A program made the translations under genes and the position numbers. DNA of 64,000 bases from Patescibacteria group bacterium (lineage in GTDB: Bacteria > Patescibacteriota > Microgenomatia > 0-14-0-10-38-17), in the NCBI GenBank assembly GCA_050953885.1, contig JBMNNJ010000001.1, positions 74,132-138,131 of the forward strand, in the 5' to 3' direction. Below, one piece after another: positions 18,092 through 27,213 of the stretch. Each line of letters begins with the position of its first letter. Position 1 is the stretch's first letter. Under the pieces are notes generated by a model. The model worked only from the letters and a program-made list of their open reading frames with translations. It searched no databases and was not told the DNA's origin.

Positions 18092-18468
18092 AGCCGGGTG
18101 ATCTCTTGGCTTGTTTTGGCCAGCTGGGAGGCGGAAAAACCACCTTTCTTCAAGGAGTGGCCAAGGCTTTGGGGATAAAGGAGCGAATTTTAAGTCCGAC
18201 TTTTATTTTGATGCGCCAATACGAACTTCCCCACCAAAAAAGAGGGATAGAAAGATTTTATCATTGGGACTGGTATCGGATTAAGGGAGAAAAGGAAGCC
18301 TTGGCGGCGGGTTTTGGCGAAAATCTTCTTGATCCAAAAGCGGTAGTGGCGGTAGAATGGGCCGAAAACGCCCTTAAAGCCTTGCCGAGAAAAAGAATTG
18401 AGGTTCATTTTGAATATGGGGAGAAAGAAAAAGAGAGAAGAATAAGGATTATTAGAAAGAATTGTTAA
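18025..18468 (+). CDS. tsaE: tRNA t6A biosynthesis ATPase TsaE
   Basis: GQLGGGKTTF, SPTF, HWDWYR, VEW. Confidence 0.93.
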   Translation: MEYLTKSAQETKELGEKIGANLKPGDLLACFGQLGGGKTTFLQGVAKALGIKERILSPTFILMRQYELPHQKRGIERFYHWDWYRIKGEKEALAAGFGENLLDPKAVVAVEWAENALKALPRKRIEVHFEYGEKEKERRIRIIRKNC

Positions 18469-18469
18469 A

Positions 18470-18588
18470 AGACGCGAATTGACGCGAATGAGAAACGAAG
18501 GGACGCGAATGAGCGAATGGAATGGTTGGAGTAGCGCCGTTTACGGCGCGCTAAAAATCAACGCGAACAACTAAATTTCGTTATTCCA
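18470..18588. repeat. ACGCGAAT periodic repeats plus a REP-like hairpin pair
   Basis: GACGCGAAT x3, then GGAGTAGCGCCGTTTACGGCGC. Confidence 0.7.
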
Positions 18589-18612
18589 ATAATGAAGTAA
18601 TTTATTTTCTGT

Positions 18613-18906
18613 ATGATTCTTTTCATAGATACTACTAATAACCAAAAGATTTTCCTAAAATTGGGAGAAAAAGCCAGTATTATAAATAAAAGTGAGGATT
18701 TATTGGGGGCGATAGAAACTTTATTAAATGAAAGCGGTTGTACAATAGATGATATTAGCGGGATAGAAATTAACACCGGTCCGGGGTCTTTTACCGGTTT
18801 GCGTATCGGGATAACGATTGCCAATATTTGGGGTTGGTTTAAAAAAATTAAGGTTAACGGCAAACTGATAAACGCTCAAGATTTTATTTTGCCAAAATAC
18901 GAATAG
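18613..18906 (+). CDS. tsaB: TsaB-like protein, N-terminal domain only (97 aa)
   Basis: ILFIDT and GPGSFTGLRIG motifs. Adjacent to tsaE. Confidence 0.85.
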   Translation: MILFIDTTNNQKIFLKLGEKASIINKSEDLLGAIETLLNESGCTIDDISGIEINTGPGSFTGLRIGITIANIWGWFKKIKVNGKLINAQDFILPKYE

Positions 18907-18922
18907 AAGTTAAAAGAAACTA

Positions 18923-20416
18923 ATGAGAAAAATCCTGCCCTTTTTTCTAACTTTAATAATTTTTCTTTTTGGTTTTTCCAGTGAGTCTTTTGCCTCTTTT
19001 TCTCCCTCCTCGGCTCAAGATTTAAGTTTTTATGGTGAGTATTGCCAGAGCCAAGAGTGGCGGTGGCTTTGCCAGGTTGGGCAAACGGAATTGGCGGCCT
19101 TAAAAGAAGAAGACGGCTGGGAGTTGGTTTTAGATGATTTTGCTTTTTTTGGCCAAAATCGGGGGATAGAGTTTGTTTTTCCTGCCCTTGAAAACGGTTT
19201 AGAAAATCCGGTGTTAGTCCTTTCCTTACGGGCAATGGGGGAAACTTTTGGTTGGGCGCGGCTGGAAATTTACCAAAAAGACACTTGGCAAATGGTTTGG
19301 GGTGGAGTAGGCCAGGACCGCTTGGTTTTTTATGGCGATAAACCCTGGCGGGAAGAAGTTAATCTAAAAGAAGTTTTGGGAGGTGGTTTAGAAGAAGAAT
19401 TAAAGGAGGGTTTGCGAGTGCGGTTACAAGTGGGGCCGTTAGTTTCCTCAAGCTATGTTTTGCCCGCTATTGACCAAGCAGTGATTATTGACAAGGGTAA
19501 CCAAAACGAGATTTTAACTCCCACCTTGGGGATAACATTGGCCTTAAGTCTCACCCCAACGGCGACTCCTATGGTTTTTCCTTCCCCTACCTTAACGTCA
19601 ACGCTAACCCCAACAGCGACTCCGACACCAACTGGCACCATTGAGGAAAATAAAGTTGTTTGGATTTTCCCCCAAGATGGGGAAACGGTTTCGGGGAAAG
19701 TGATTTTAGAAGCAAGATTAGAGGAGGAAGGGGAAGAAACGAAAACCTTGCGGGAGGTCTTTTTCTGGCGGCCTTTGGGCCAAAACTCGTGGCAGCAACT
19801 TGCGGAAAATATTTGGGAAACCGAAAATCTACCCTTGGGAGAATACCAACTGCAGACAAAACTAACCAGCGAGGAAGGCGAGGAAAAAAGCGCGGAAATA
19901 GTGGTGAGCTTAGGGGCGAGGATTTTTAATGTTTTTTTAACCGGGAGAACTCTTTCTTGGCAAACCGATCGACCCACCCTGGGCCGAATTATTTATGATC
20001 GTGCTTCTCATTTGGGGGTTGAGAAAAATTATCCCAATTTTGGTTATCTTTGGGCAAGTGAGCCTACCAGTAGGCAAAAGCAAACCAGCCATCAGTTTAC
20101 TTTTGGGCAAATTCCCGCTGGTCGGTATTATTACCGCATTTTGGCTTTTGGCTCGCCGGTTTCCTACAGCGACGAGTATGTTTTGGAAACGGATTCTTTG
20201 CTAATCGAAGAAGAAAAGGTTTTGGGCCAAGCGGCAAGCGCTGAAGCAAGCATTTCTTTGCCACCGACACCAGAGGAAAACGGAGAAGAAGTTTTTGATC
20301 AAAGCCAACCATTAGCTGAAGAAAAGCCATTCAATTTTCCTCGCTTTTTAGCCTTGTTTTTACTAGGGGTTTTGGCCGGAGGAGGGATTGTTCATTTGAC
20401 AAAGAAGGAAAAATAG
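18923..20416 (+). CDS. secreted/membrane-anchored surface protein with a PT-rich linker and Ig/FN3-like domains
   Basis: Signal peptide, TPT repeats, LSWQTD..YYYRI beta-sandwich pattern, and a C-terminal TM with a basic tail. Confidence 0.75.
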   Translation: MRKILPFFLTLIIFLFGFSSESFASFSPSSAQDLSFYGEYCQSQEWRWLCQVGQTELAALKEEDGWELVLDDFAFFGQNRGIEFVFPALENGLENPVLVLSLRAMGETFGWARLEIYQKDTWQMVWGGVGQDRLVFYGDKPWREEVNLKEVLGGGLEEELKEGLRVRLQVGPLVSSSYVLPAIDQAVIIDKGNQNEILTPTLGITLALSLTPTATPMVFPSPTLTSTLTPTATPTPTGTIEENKVVWIFPQDGETVSGKVILEARLEEEGEETKTLREVFFWRPLGQNSWQQLAENIWETENLPLGEYQLQTKLTSEEGEEKSAEIVVSLGARIFNVFLTGRTLSWQTDRPTLGRIIYDRASHLGVEKNYPNFGYLWASEPTSRQKQTSHQFTFGQIPAGRYYYRILAFGSPVSYSDEYVLETDSLLIEEEKVLGQAASAEASISLPPTPEENGEEVFDQSQPLAEEKPFNFPRFLALFLLGVLAGGGIVHLTKKEK

Positions 20417-20432
20417 TCTTAAATTAGTCTTA

Positions 20433-21323
20433 ATGAGCGCTAAAAAAGGTTTAAAAGATTTTTTTATTCCCGGCGAAAGTAATAATTTTCGCGCCCGTCT
20501 GCTCCATCTGCCATTTTTGGCCGCCTTTCTCTTTTTTTTCCTTTTTTTTAAAACCGCCCTTTCTTTATACCTTTTAACTAATCCGGCGGTTTTAGGTTAT
20601 TCTTCGCAAATTACCAGCGCCCAGATTATAGAGTTAACAAATGCGGAACGGCAGAAGTATGGCCTGCCGGCGTTAACGCCTAGCCCTCTTTTGGAAAAAG
20701 CGGCGCGGCTTAAGGCGGAGGATATGTTTGCCGGCGACTATTGGTCGCATCGCTCGCCTACGGGAAAAACCCCTTGGGATTTTTTGAAAGAAGTTGGTTA
20801 TAATTATGTTTACGCTGGGGAAAATTTAGCCCGTGACTTTGCCGACGCGTCGGGAGTGGTGGCGGCGTGGATGGCCTCGCCGACTCATAAAGAAAATATT
20901 GTAAGTAAGAATTATCAGGAAATTGGGGTGGCGGTGGTTGATGGCGAGCTTGGGGGTTTGAAGACTACTCTGGTGGTGCAGATGTTTGGGACGCCGACAA
21001 GGCTGGTGGGAGAAAAGCCGCCGGCGCCGGTTCAGGAAATGCCGCCAGAGATAAAAGCAAAAACGGAGGAAAAAGGAGGAGTGCTTCCCTCGGCGGAAAA
21101 TAATAATCTTGGAGAAAAAGGAGGAACGATTGACCTTTTATCCTTAGAAAAACTGGCGGTGGTTTTTTGCTTGGGGTTACTCTTAGGAGTTTTAGTGGTA
21201 GATAAGGTGGTGGCGGAAAGAAGGCAAACGCCGCGATTAACAGCCGACAACAATGCCCATCTTATTTTCCTGCTTTTGGTGATTTTAGTAGTGGTTCTTT
21301 TGGAAGCGGGGACGATTGTTTAA
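20433..21323 (+). CDS. CAP/SCP-domain membrane protein
   Basis: LTNAER..YWSH..AGENLA..WMASPTHKENI..EIGVAV. Confidence 0.9.
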   Translation: MSAKKGLKDFFIPGESNNFRARLLHLPFLAAFLFFFLFFKTALSLYLLTNPAVLGYSSQITSAQIIELTNAERQKYGLPALTPSPLLEKAARLKAEDMFAGDYWSHRSPTGKTPWDFLKEVGYNYVYAGENLARDFADASGVVAAWMASPTHKENIVSKNYQEIGVAVVDGELGGLKTTLVVQMFGTPTRLVGEKPPAPVQEMPPEIKAKTEEKGGVLPSAENNNLGEKGGTIDLLSLEKLAVVFCLGLLLGVLVVDKVVAERRQTPRLTADNNAHLIFLLLVILVVVLLEAGTIV

Positions 21324-21483
21324 GATACGCGAATTAACACGAATGGAAAACGAATGGACGCGAATTTGTAGGGGCGGGGTTTTTCCCCGCCCGAAACCAA
21401 AATGAATTCTATAGGGGCGATTCATGAATCGCCCGTTAGGGTAATTGGCGCCAATATGCGGGCGCATCGTGATGCGCCTCTAC
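21324..21483. repeat. ACGCGAAT repeats plus a GTAG REP cluster
   Basis: GTAGGGGCGGGG...CCCCGCCC at 21368 and an inverted copy of the 14771 REP doublet at 21411-21483. Confidence 0.88.
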
Positions 21484-21500
21484 ATATTTTTTTATGAAAT

Positions 21501-21761
21501 ATGAAAAATAAGAAAGAAAACACCGTTTTTCCCTACGAGTATTTAGTTTTGGCGATAATTTTGGCCTCGGCGGCGATTTTATTGCTTTATTTTCCTCCTC
21601 TTTCGGGGAAAAGGGAAATAGTGGCTCTCTCCTTAGGCATTTTTTATTTTCTTTGGGGGATTTGGCATCATAGTCGTCGCGGCGATTTAGTTTTAAAAAT
21701 TATTTTGGAATATTTAGCGGTGGCCGCTTTAGGCGTGGCGGCTTTATTAATTTTAATTTAA
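21501..21761 (+). CDS. small 3-TM hypothetical membrane protein
   Basis: Hydrophobic 86-aa ORF with WGIWHH..ILEY. Tightly coupled to the next gene. Confidence 0.75.
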   Translation: MKNKKENTVFPYEYLVLAIILASAAILLLYFPPLSGKREIVALSLGIFYFLWGIWHHSRRGDLVLKIILEYLAVAALGVAALLILI

Positions 21762-21764
21762 AAA

Positions 21765-22502
21765 ATGAAGGGTATTATCTTAGCTGGTGGTTTAGGCACG
21801 CGCCTTTATCCTCTCACTTGGGCAACCAACAAGCATCTTCTGCCTGTTTTTGACCAGCCGATGATTTTTTATCCGATTAATACTTTAGTAAAGGCAGGGG
21901 TTAGGGAGATTTTGGTGGTTACCGGCGGGCCGCATGCGGGACATTTTCTTCAGGTTTTGAAAAACGGCAAGGAGTTGGGATTGAAGCATTTGGAATATGC
22001 TTATCAGGAAGGAGAAGGGGGCATTGCTGCCGCCCTTTCTTTGGCGGAGGACTTTGCCGATGGAGAAGCGGTGGCGGTGGTTTTAGGCGATAACACCACC
22101 GATGCCGATATTTCCCCGGCGGTCAAAAATTTTCAAGCTGGAGCGACCGTTTTTTTAAAAAAGGTGCCCGACCCCGAACGTTTTGGTGTACCTGTTTTTT
22201 CCAAAAAAAACCCTAAAAAAATTATTAAGATTGAAGAAAAACCGGCCAAACCGCAATCAAATTTTGCCGTTACCGGCCTTTATCTTTATGATAATGAGGT
22301 TTTCAAAATTATTAAAACCTTGAAACCGTCGGCGCGAGGAGAGCTGGAGATAACCGATGTTAATAATGGCTATCTTGAACAAGGCAAGCTTAACTGGTTT
22401 GAGCTTGAGGGTTTTTGGTCCGACGCCGGCACCTTTGAGAGCCTTTTTCGTACTAACCAATATTGGGCCAAGAAAAAGATGAGCAAGGCTAAACTCCCTT
22501 AA
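21765..22502 (+). CDS. rfbA: glucose-1-phosphate thymidylyltransferase (short form)
   Basis: ILAGGLGTRLYPLT..NKHLLP, LGDN, EEKP, PSARGELEITD, WSDAGT. Confidence 0.9.
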   Translation: MKGIILAGGLGTRLYPLTWATNKHLLPVFDQPMIFYPINTLVKAGVREILVVTGGPHAGHFLQVLKNGKELGLKHLEYAYQEGEGGIAAALSLAEDFADGEAVAVVLGDNTTDADISPAVKNFQAGATVFLKKVPDPERFGVPVFSKKNPKKIIKIEEKPAKPQSNFAVTGLYLYDNEVFKIIKTLKPSARGELEITDVNNGYLEQGKLNWFELEGFWSDAGTFESLFRTNQYWAKKKMSKAKLP

Positions 22503-23895
22503 TAACCGCCAAAGGCTTAAGGCGGGCGACTTTTTCGGTTAAACCTTCCTTAACTAATACTTCAACTACCTCTTCGATGTCTTTATAAGCTCCCGGCGCT
22601 TCATCGGCAACTTTATGAAAGGGAAGGTTGTAAATTATTTCTCCCATTGACTTTTCAAACTGGGAAAGGCTGATGTTTTTTTGGGCAGCGCGGCGGGACA
22701 TCAGTCGGCCGGCGCCATGGTTGACGGAATGGAAGGTTTCCTTATTTTTGGCCGTGCCGACAACGATATAAGAGGCAGTGCCCATACTGCCGGGGATAAG
22801 AGCCGGATGGCCGGTTTTGGCAAAAGAGGGAGGATTTTGGGGATGACCGGCCGGCAGCGCCCGAGTGGCGCCTTTGCGATGGACTAAAACCTTTTGACCA
22901 AAATGACTTTCCCACTTAGCAATGTTATGGGCAACATCGTAAAGAAGGGCAAGGGGGTCATTATTGCCAAAAGTTTCCCGCCAAGCCTGGCGGACAAAGT
23001 GGGTGATAATCTGGCGGTTGGCAAAGGCAAAGTTAACGCAGGCGGCCATGGCGCCAAAGTAGCGTTCTCCTTCAGGGGTAGTAACCGGGAGAGCGGCTAA
23101 GCCTTGATTTGGAATTTGCAGACGGTATTTTTCTTTTTCCCGCCAAAGAATTTGGGTGTAGTCAAGGCAAGTTTGGTGGCCTAAGGCACGGGAGCCGGTA
23201 TGGATCATCACCGTTATTTGATTAGGGAAAAGGTCGAATGCTTGGGCAGTTGAGGGGTCAAAAATCCGGTCTACTTTTTGGATTTCAATAAAGTGGTTGC
23301 CGGAGCCCAGAGTGCCTAATTCGTTTTTAGCGCGCCCGATCGCTTTTGTCGAGAGGTAAGAAAATTCTGCTTCTTTCATTTGGCCATTTTCTTCCGTTTT
23401 TTCCAAATCGTCTTTTTGCGCCAGACCCTTTTTTACTAAAAAAGAAAGCCCTTCCCGGCAAACCTTTTCCAGCGGCAGATCAAGACGCCCTTTTTGGTGT
23501 TGCCCGCCAAGGCCCAAGGGCACAAGCTGGCTAATTTTCTCAATTAATTGCCGGAGCAAAGAGGGGGTAAAAACCTTTTCGTCAAAAAACTGTTGGGAAA
23601 GAAGAAGACGCACCCCGCAATTAATATCCATCCCCACGGCGCCGGCGGAAACTAAACCATTCGTAGCCATAACGCCGCCAATTGGCAGGCCGAAACCTTC
23701 ATGGATATCCGGCATTCCCAAAACCGGCGAGATAACCTCCGGCAGGCAGGCAGCGGCAACTAATTGTTCCAAGCTTCTATCTTCTTGAATTGGTTTCAAA
23801 AGTTTTTCAGAGGCATAAATTATTACCTCGGCTTGCATCGGCCCGCTTTTTTTGATCCGCCATTTTTGAGGAGAAAGTGGTTCAAGGTTAAACAT
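22489..23895 (-). CDS. rtcB: RtcB RNA ligase
   Basis: MPDIHEGFG, DINCG, GTLGSGNHF, IHTGSR, HNIAK, HRKGATR, GSMG, HGAGR, DEAPGAYK. Confidence 0.96.
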   Translation of the reverse strand: MFNLEPLSPQKWRIKKSGPMQAEVIIYASEKLLKPIQEDRSLEQLVAAACLPEVISPVLGMPDIHEGFGLPIGGVMATNGLVSAGAVGMDINCGVRLLLSQQFFDEKVFTPSLLRQLIEKISQLVPLGLGGQHQKGRLDLPLEKVCREGLSFLVKKGLAQKDDLEKTEENGQMKEAEFSYLSTKAIGRAKNELGTLGSGNHFIEIQKVDRIFDPSTAQAFDLFPNQITVMIHTGSRALGHQTCLDYTQILWREKEKYRLQIPNQGLAALPVTTPEGERYFGAMAACVNFAFANRQIITHFVRQAWRETFGNNDPLALLYDVAHNIAKWESHFGQKVLVHRKGATRALPAGHPQNPPSFAKTGHPALIPGSMGTASYIVVGTAKNKETFHSVNHGAGRLMSRRAAQKNISLSQFEKSMGEIIYNLPFHKVADEAPGAYKDIEEVVEVLVKEGLTEKVARLKPLAVIKGV

Positions 23896-23919
23896 TATTG
23901 TCGGCAATGTTATAATAAA

Positions 23920-24380
23920 GAAAGTTAAATTGCTAAATTGCTAAGCAGTTTAACTATATTAACAAACTCAAAACTTAAATCGCAAAGATCAAAACCTAAC
24001 TCAAAGTTCAAAAACGTTTTTATGTGTTGGTTTTGATTTTTAAATTTGGTTTTGTCCCGCCATAGCGGGACCCCGTTGCGGCGGGGCATTTTGATCCGCC
24101 AGCTGGCCTTGTACCAGCACGGTACAGAGCTGACGGACAGGGTTCATTCCTGTAGCTGTCATTCCTGAACTAAATTCAGGACAGGCTCTGACGAAAGTCA
24201 GGATCTAAATGATTCTGAATCAAGTTCAGAATGACGCTAATCGTGGCCGTCATTCTGATGAATCCGCCAGCTTGCGGATCAAATCTGAAAGCTACCACGC
24301 AAAACTCAAATCTTAAAAATTACATATATTTCAGAAAGATTTAACATTTACCATTTGAGTTTTAAGTTTTCAAACTACAA
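23920..24380. repeat. composite nested repeat region (8-mer and 7-mer tracts, GC hairpins, CGTC REPs, two TCCGCCAGCTGGCGGA-type sites)
   Basis: Palindrome copies at 24095 (interrupted) and 24263 bracket a CGTC-REP cluster at 24158-24262. Confidence 0.85.
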
Positions 24381-24454
24381 GTTGCCTGCCGCTTTCTTTT
24401 TTGCTTTTTTGATTTAACGATTTAATGATTTGGTAATTTTTTGTTATCTTTATT

Positions 24455-24958
24455 ATGCCCGATAAAAAAATTTTTTTCAACAATCCTGTTTTGGGGAAAA
24501 AATCGCTGGTGGAAGTGGTGGAGGAGATTGTGGCTTTTATTAACCATGACCCCCAATCTTTTTACCACTTAATTATTGGCACCGATTCGCAAGACCATGC
24601 ACTGGAGAAAGTTAATGGTTATCTTAATTTAGTCTCGGCGATTGTTATTTATCGCGACGGCCATGGCGGCCGTTATTTTTGGCGACGGCAAAGGCTGCCT
24701 CATTCCCGAAATCTTCGGGAGAAAATTTATCAGGAAACTCTTACCTCGTTGGACTTAGCGCAAAAGCTGGTGCCTTTGTTGCACCAAAAACTTAATGGTA
24801 ATGAATATGAGCTGGAGATTCATATTGATGTGGGTAATGCCGGGCCAACACGGGAAATGATTCGCGAGCTGGTGGCGATGGTAAATAGTAACGGGTTTCG
24901 GGCTAAAACCAAACCCGAATCATATGGCGCCACCTGCGTGGCGGATAAATACACCTAA
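24455..24958 (+). CDS. RNase H-like YkuK (DUF458) family protein
   Basis: IGTDSQ, GGRYF, KIYQET..S, EIHIDVG..G.T, KPESYGA..VAD. Confidence 0.85.
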   Translation: MPDKKIFFNNPVLGKKSLVEVVEEIVAFINHDPQSFYHLIIGTDSQDHALEKVNGYLNLVSAIVIYRDGHGGRYFWRRQRLPHSRNLREKIYQETLTSLDLAQKLVPLLHQKLNGNEYELEIHIDVGNAGPTREMIRELVAMVNSNGFRAKTKPESYGATCVADKYT

Positions 24959-24959
24959 A

Positions 24960-25170
24960 AAAAGTCAAAAGTTAAAAGTCAAAAGTTAAATATAAAAAGT
25001 TAGTAACTCGTAATAAGTAAATTCAAAATTCAAAAGTCAAAATTCAAAATTGCAAGTCAAAAGTTAAAAATTTTTTTATTCTACTTTTGAATTTTAACTT
25101 GTAATTTTGACTTTTAAATTTTAACTTTTGACTTTTAGTTATTCTCTGTCCGCCAGCTGGCGGACAGAAT
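24960..25170. repeat. heptamer-periodic fold-back element (empty-site copy) followed by a TCCGCCAGCTGGCGGA palindrome
   Basis: 25021-25139 matches the reverse complement of 3891-4023 without the 16-mer. A perfect palindrome is at 25149-25164. Confidence 0.85.
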
Positions 25171-25192
25171 CATTCCCTCATTGCTACATTAC

Positions 25193-25248
25193 TCTTGCTA
25201 TTATTATCTTGCTATTATTATCTTGCTATTATTGTCTTGTTATTATTA
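25193..25248. repeat. tandem repeat, 4 x 14 bp (TCTTGCTATTATTA)
   Basis: Units start at 25193, 25207, 25221 and 25235, with at most 1 mismatch each. Confidence 0.9.
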
Positions 25249-25421
25249 CAGGTCTAATATCGTCATCATCGCTAGTGACTTATTTAGGGGGCGATCGCCC
25301 CTATTTTAATTCCCTTTTAAATTTAAAAATTTTTAGTTAATTATTTTTCTTCTATATTTTTAAAAATATAGCGGTAAAATATAGGTGAGTCAGAAAAAAG
25401 CCAGGCGAGAAAATTTTTTTA

Positions 25422-25476
25422 TCCCGAGGTTTGAAGCTAATCAACTCCGGGGGTTAAATGGCTTCAAACCTCGGGA
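25422..25476. repeat. TCCCGAGGTTTGAAGC...GCTTCAAACCTCGGGA mini element, copy 2
   Basis: 16-bp perfect terminal IR around an AACTCCGGGGGTT hairpin. Confidence 0.85.
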
Positions 25477-25626
25477 GTTAGCTATAAAATAATTCCGGTG
25501 ATTATTTTATTTTGATTTCCTAATTTCGCGAGCGCAAGCGAGTTAATTTCTCAATTTCAGCCCCGTCAGGGCGGGACGAATTTCTAACTTCTAATTTTCT
25601 TTTTTTTATGTGTTAGAATAAAGTTG

Positions 25627-26640
25627 ATGAAACTACTCGTTACCGGTGGCGCGGGTTTTATCGGCACTAATTTTATTCGTTATTGGCTTAAGAATCATCC
25701 CCAAGACAAGGTTATTAATCTTGATAAACTTACCTATGCCGGTGACCGGCGAAATTTAGCAGATTTGGAAAGCGCTTCTTCTTACTGTTTTGTTAAAGGC
25801 GATATTGGCGATCCTAAATTGGTAGAAAAACTCATGGAAAAAGTTGAGGTGGTAGTGAACTTTGCCGCCGAAAGCCACGTTGATCGCTCAATTGAAAACC
25901 CCGAAGTTTTTCTTAAAACTAATATTTTGGGGACTTTTAATTTGCTTGAAGCGGCGCTTAAAAATAAAATTAGACGTTTTCATCATGTTTCTACCGACGA
26001 AGTTTATGGCGAGCTTCCTTTGGAGTCGGAGGAAAAATTTAACGAGGTAACAAAATTCGCCCCCCATAGCCCCTATTCGGCTTCTAAAGCTGGCTCCGAC
26101 CATTTAGTTTTAAGCTACTACTATACTTACGGTTTGCCGGTAACCATTACTAATTGTTCTAATAATTATGGTGCCTACCAGTATCCGGAAAAATTTATTC
26201 CCCGGATGATTACGAACCTTTTGGAGGGCAGGAAAATCCCTATTTATGGCGATGGTCGCTATGTCCGCGATTGGCTTTATGTTGAGGATCACGCACGGGC
26301 AATTGAAGCGTCTTTGCTTGACGGCAAGCCGGGACAAACCTATTGTGTGGGCGGCTTAACCAAAGATGTTAGTAATTTAGAGCTGGCAAAGATGATCTTA
26401 AAAATTATGGGTAAAAACGAAGATTTTTTAGAATTTGTGGCCGATCGGGCTGGTCATGACCGTCGTTATGCGGTTGACTGGGGAAAAATTAAGGATGAAC
26501 TTGGTTGGAAACCGCAGGAAACAATCGAATCGGGATTAGAGAAAACCGTTTCTTGGTATTGCCGGAATAAATCATGGTGGCAGGAAAAGAAGAAAGAAGC
26601 CGAGGAGTTTTATCAAAAATTAGCCGTTAAAAAAATTTAG
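25627..26640 (+). CDS. rfbB: dTDP-glucose 4,6-dehydratase
   Basis: TGGAGFIG, DKLTYAG, AAESHVDRSI, STDEVYG, YSASK, GHDRRY. Confidence 0.97.
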   Translation: MKLLVTGGAGFIGTNFIRYWLKNHPQDKVINLDKLTYAGDRRNLADLESASSYCFVKGDIGDPKLVEKLMEKVEVVVNFAAESHVDRSIENPEVFLKTNILGTFNLLEAALKNKIRRFHHVSTDEVYGELPLESEEKFNEVTKFAPHSPYSASKAGSDHLVLSYYYTYGLPVTITNCSNNYGAYQYPEKFIPRMITNLLEGRKIPIYGDGRYVRDWLYVEDHARAIEASLLDGKPGQTYCVGGLTKDVSNLELAKMILKIMGKNEDFLEFVADRAGHDRRYAVDWGKIKDELGWKPQETIESGLEKTVSWYCRNKSWWQEKKKEAEEFYQKLAVKKI

Positions 26641-27213
26641 ATGAATTTCAAAAAACTTAAGATTTCGGGGTTAATCTTGGTTGAGCCGGATGTTTTTGGT
26701 GACGAGCGGGGATTTTTTTTGGAATCTTATCATCAGAAAAAATTTACCGAGGAGGGAATAAGAGTTAATTTTGTTCAGGACAATCATTCTCGCTCTTCGC
26801 GGGGAGTTTTACGGGGTCTTCACTTTCAAAAAGCTCCCTTTGCCCAAGATAAATTAGTGCGCGTGGTGCGGGGGGAGGTTTTCGATGTTGCCGTTGATCT
26901 TCGGCCCGATTCCCCAACGTTAGGCCAGTGGGAAGCGGTGGTGCTTTCCGAAAAAAATAAAAAAATATTTTTTATTCCCCAAGGTTTTGCCCATGGCTTT
27001 CTGGCTCTAAGCGAAGTAGTTGATTTTGAGTATAAGGTGAGTAATTTTTATTCGCCTGAAAGCGAGATGGGAATTATTTTTGATGATCCCCGCATTAATA
27101 TTTCCTGGCCTTTAGTAAAAGAAGAGCTAATTTTATCAGCCAAAGACAAGGGTTGGCCGTTGTTTTCTCAAGTTAAAGATGAATTAAAGAAGATATGGGG
27201 AAAACAAAAATAA
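26641..27213 (+). CDS. rfbC: dTDP-4-dehydrorhamnose 3,5-epimerase
   Basis: DERGFF, QDNHSRS..GVLRGLHFQ, DVAVDLR, GFAHGF. Confidence 0.97.
   Translation: MNFKKLKISGLILVEPDVFGDERGFFLESYHQKKFTEEGIRVNFVQDNHSRSSRGVLRGLHFQKAPFAQDKLVRVVRGEVFDVAVDLRPDSPTLGQWEAVVLSEKNKKIFFIPQGFAHGFLALSEVVDFEYKVSNFYSPESEMGIIFDDPRINISWPLVKEELILSAKDKGWPLFSQVKDELKKIWGKQK

Noticed and set aside
19453-19977. 174-aa antisense ORF and many other short overlapping ORFs (e.g. 6974-7405, 11950-12366, 18558-18863)
   Set aside because: Shadows of well-supported genes on the opposite strand or in another frame, with no motifs.
22489-23895. intein in RtcB (also checked in Lon)
   Set aside because: Normal length and contiguous motifs.
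25193-25248. possible CRISPR array (also considered for 63595-63857 and the REP clusters)
   Set aside because: No regular repeat-spacer structure with three or more repeats and unique spacers, and no cas genes.
25128-25340. 70-aa hydrophobic ORF
   Set aside because: Built from the heptamer tract, the palindrome and the 14-bp tandem repeat.
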